Origin: Bugula neritina
Taxonomy: Eukaryota > Animalia > Bryozoa
Direction of reading: 5' to 3'
NCBI GenBank assembly: GCA_964035545.1
Contig: OZ037766.1
Coordinates: 30,106,274-30,170,273 of the forward strand
DNA length: 64,000 nt
Part shown: piece after piece, positions 62,204 to 64,000 of the stretch
Layout of the letters: every line of letters begins with the position of its first letter
How positions within the stretch are numbered: position 1 is the first letter of the stretch
Translations under genes and position numbers: made by a program
The notes under the pieces: model-generated
Databases searched by the model: none
The model's input: only the letters and a program-made list of their open reading frames with translations
What the model was told of the DNA's origin: nothing

Positions 62204-63378
62204 ATGAGAGTTTGGATTCTGATAGCATTGATACTGAGCGCAGCAGTAGTGTTGATCTCTTCACAAAACGAAGCAGGTTTTCCCTCTGGAGTCTCTCTTC
62301 GTAAGTTCTTAAGATACAATCCTTTAGACAGAGGTAGTTATATAGCTCCAAAAACTGGCACAGTAATGTAATTGTTATGTTTGTGAACTTTGCTCCTAGA
62401 TTGTAGTAAACAAGTTTTTACAATTGGTAAAATATTTAGCTCAATAGACAAATCAAGTTAAAATTGAATTATCGTAGTAATTTTACTGATCAGTTATTTA
62501 TTTTTAATTTTTGCATGACATCAATTTTTTTTATTTTTTTTTTATTTAATATTTTATTAGTAGAAAACTAGTTGAAATTACAACTATATTGATAAAATAA
62601 ATCACTGAATTTTAATACTTATCAGGAAGTTATATTTGCATCTTCTCAGAGTATGTATTGAAAAACTACTTTCTATTTCAAAAGTTATTCACAAGTCTTA
62701 ATTTCTATGACATGCGTTTCATTTATTATTTTAGCTTGCCAGGCCTGTTTACGTACTCGTACTCAAGCATGTTTTCAGCGTTTAGGAGGTGGTAGGGGTG
62801 GTAGAGGTCGTAGGGGTGACAGAGGTGTCAGGAGAGGAAATAGAAGAGGGGGCAGGAAAGGTAGAAGAGGGGGTAGAAAAGGAGAAAGAAGAGGTAGAAG
62901 AGGGAGCAGAAGAGATAGAAGAAGAAGTAGCAGGAAAGAAGGAAGGAGAAGTAGAAAAGAGGAAAGGAGAAGTCTCAAGATCCAAGCTCAGTTCTGCAAT
63001 GTAGAAGCAGCAACACTTTGTACTAGTCTTTGTCAGCCACCAATTCAAGCACCCACCTTAGCACCAATCACTTCAGCACCAATCACTTCAGCACCAAACA
63101 CACCACCACCAATTATGCTACCTTTAATTACACCACCACCAATTACACCAGCTCCTATTACACCAGCACCAATTGCAGCTGCACCAACCACTGCTGTAAT
63201 AACCAAACCAACGTTAACCACTGCTGCACCAACTGCAGCTGCTCTAACCCCTTCAGCGTTGTTCATACCAGCAGTAGTTGTACTACCACCAACCACAACT
63301 GTACCAACAACCACAACTGTACCAACAACCACAACTGTACTAACAACTACGGTAAACCCAATGTACCAAGGTAAATGA
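62204..63378 (+). CDS. Secreted 6-Cys / polybasic loop / Pro-Thr tail protein, copy G8 (246 aa, intact)
   Basis: Exon 62204-62300 MRVWILIALILSAAVVLISSQNEAGFPSGVSL. Phase-1 intron. Exon 62735-63378 CQACLRTRTQAC-(Arg/Gly-rich 74 aa)-CNVEAATLCTSLC-Pro/Thr-YQGK*. Confidence 0.9.
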
Positions 63379-64000
63379 AGATAACCTCTGAGTAGAAATT
63401 ACTTTTTTTTTATAACGTGTATAAAACTAGAACAAAACGTATTGTGGTTATAGAAAAAATATTTAATACAAATTCCTGTATGTTAATCTTCCATATACAC
63501 TTTTGTTCAGTAGTTTATATTTAATTTTCTACATGCTCTGTTTAAAATATAACAATAATTATAATAAATATGCATATGTGGGTACTTTCATGTGTGCAGT
63601 GTGTCCAAGCATTTAAATCTGTATTTTAAATAAATTCATTTTTTACCCGCAATTATAGTCTGTTCAAACTACTAATGAGTAATTTGTCCATGTGTTCACA
63701 TTGCATCAGTTTTGACTGACCAAGCTTATAGCTGCTTTAAAGGATTATTATTTTAACTGATTATAGTTAGTTAAAATTTTAATCTATTTACCAATAAGAG
63801 TTCATGCAATAGAGCATATAATCAGTCTGTCTTACAGTGAGAAATATAAGTTTAGTAGCCAAATGATCACTATAGGATCATTCACTATTACAACTCAGTC
63901 AAACTTAATAGCTTAGTCATATATAATCAAATGTATCATGATTTTTCTAAATCTCAAAACATTTAGTTGAACATAATATCATCAGGCTCTTTTACAGAGT

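Overview
AT-rich animal (probably invertebrate) genomic DNA with GT-AG introns, long microsatellites and decayed transposons. Most of the supplied ORF track is repeat read-through; the real genes are spliced. (1) A birth-and-death cluster of an unrecognised secreted protein family has 3 intact genes (10419-11745, 18642-19793, 62204-63378) and 5 broken copies. The architecture is signal peptide, Cx2Cx7C, a 65-75 aa loop that is about 47% Arg+Lys, Cx7Cx3C, then a Pro/Thr mucin-like tail that often ends in G-K/R. (2) Two intact 5-exon paralogues on the minus strand (45548-47578, 48494-51081) encode small single-pass membrane proteins that the ORF track misses. (3) Four type I hammerhead ribozyme folds are present. 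One lies in the pseudo-LTR of a 5'-truncated Penelope-like retroelement (30071-31760). Three lie in a 270-bp non-coding element inserted in (TA)n that looks like a retrozyme. (4) Also present are a Rex1/Babar-like LINE fragment, a probable decayed KDZ/CxC transposase, MITEs, SINEs, 60-bp minisatellites, pentamer satellites, segmental and inverted duplications, and a reconstructable 2-kb inversion. All splice models and folds were derived by eye; no database search was possible.
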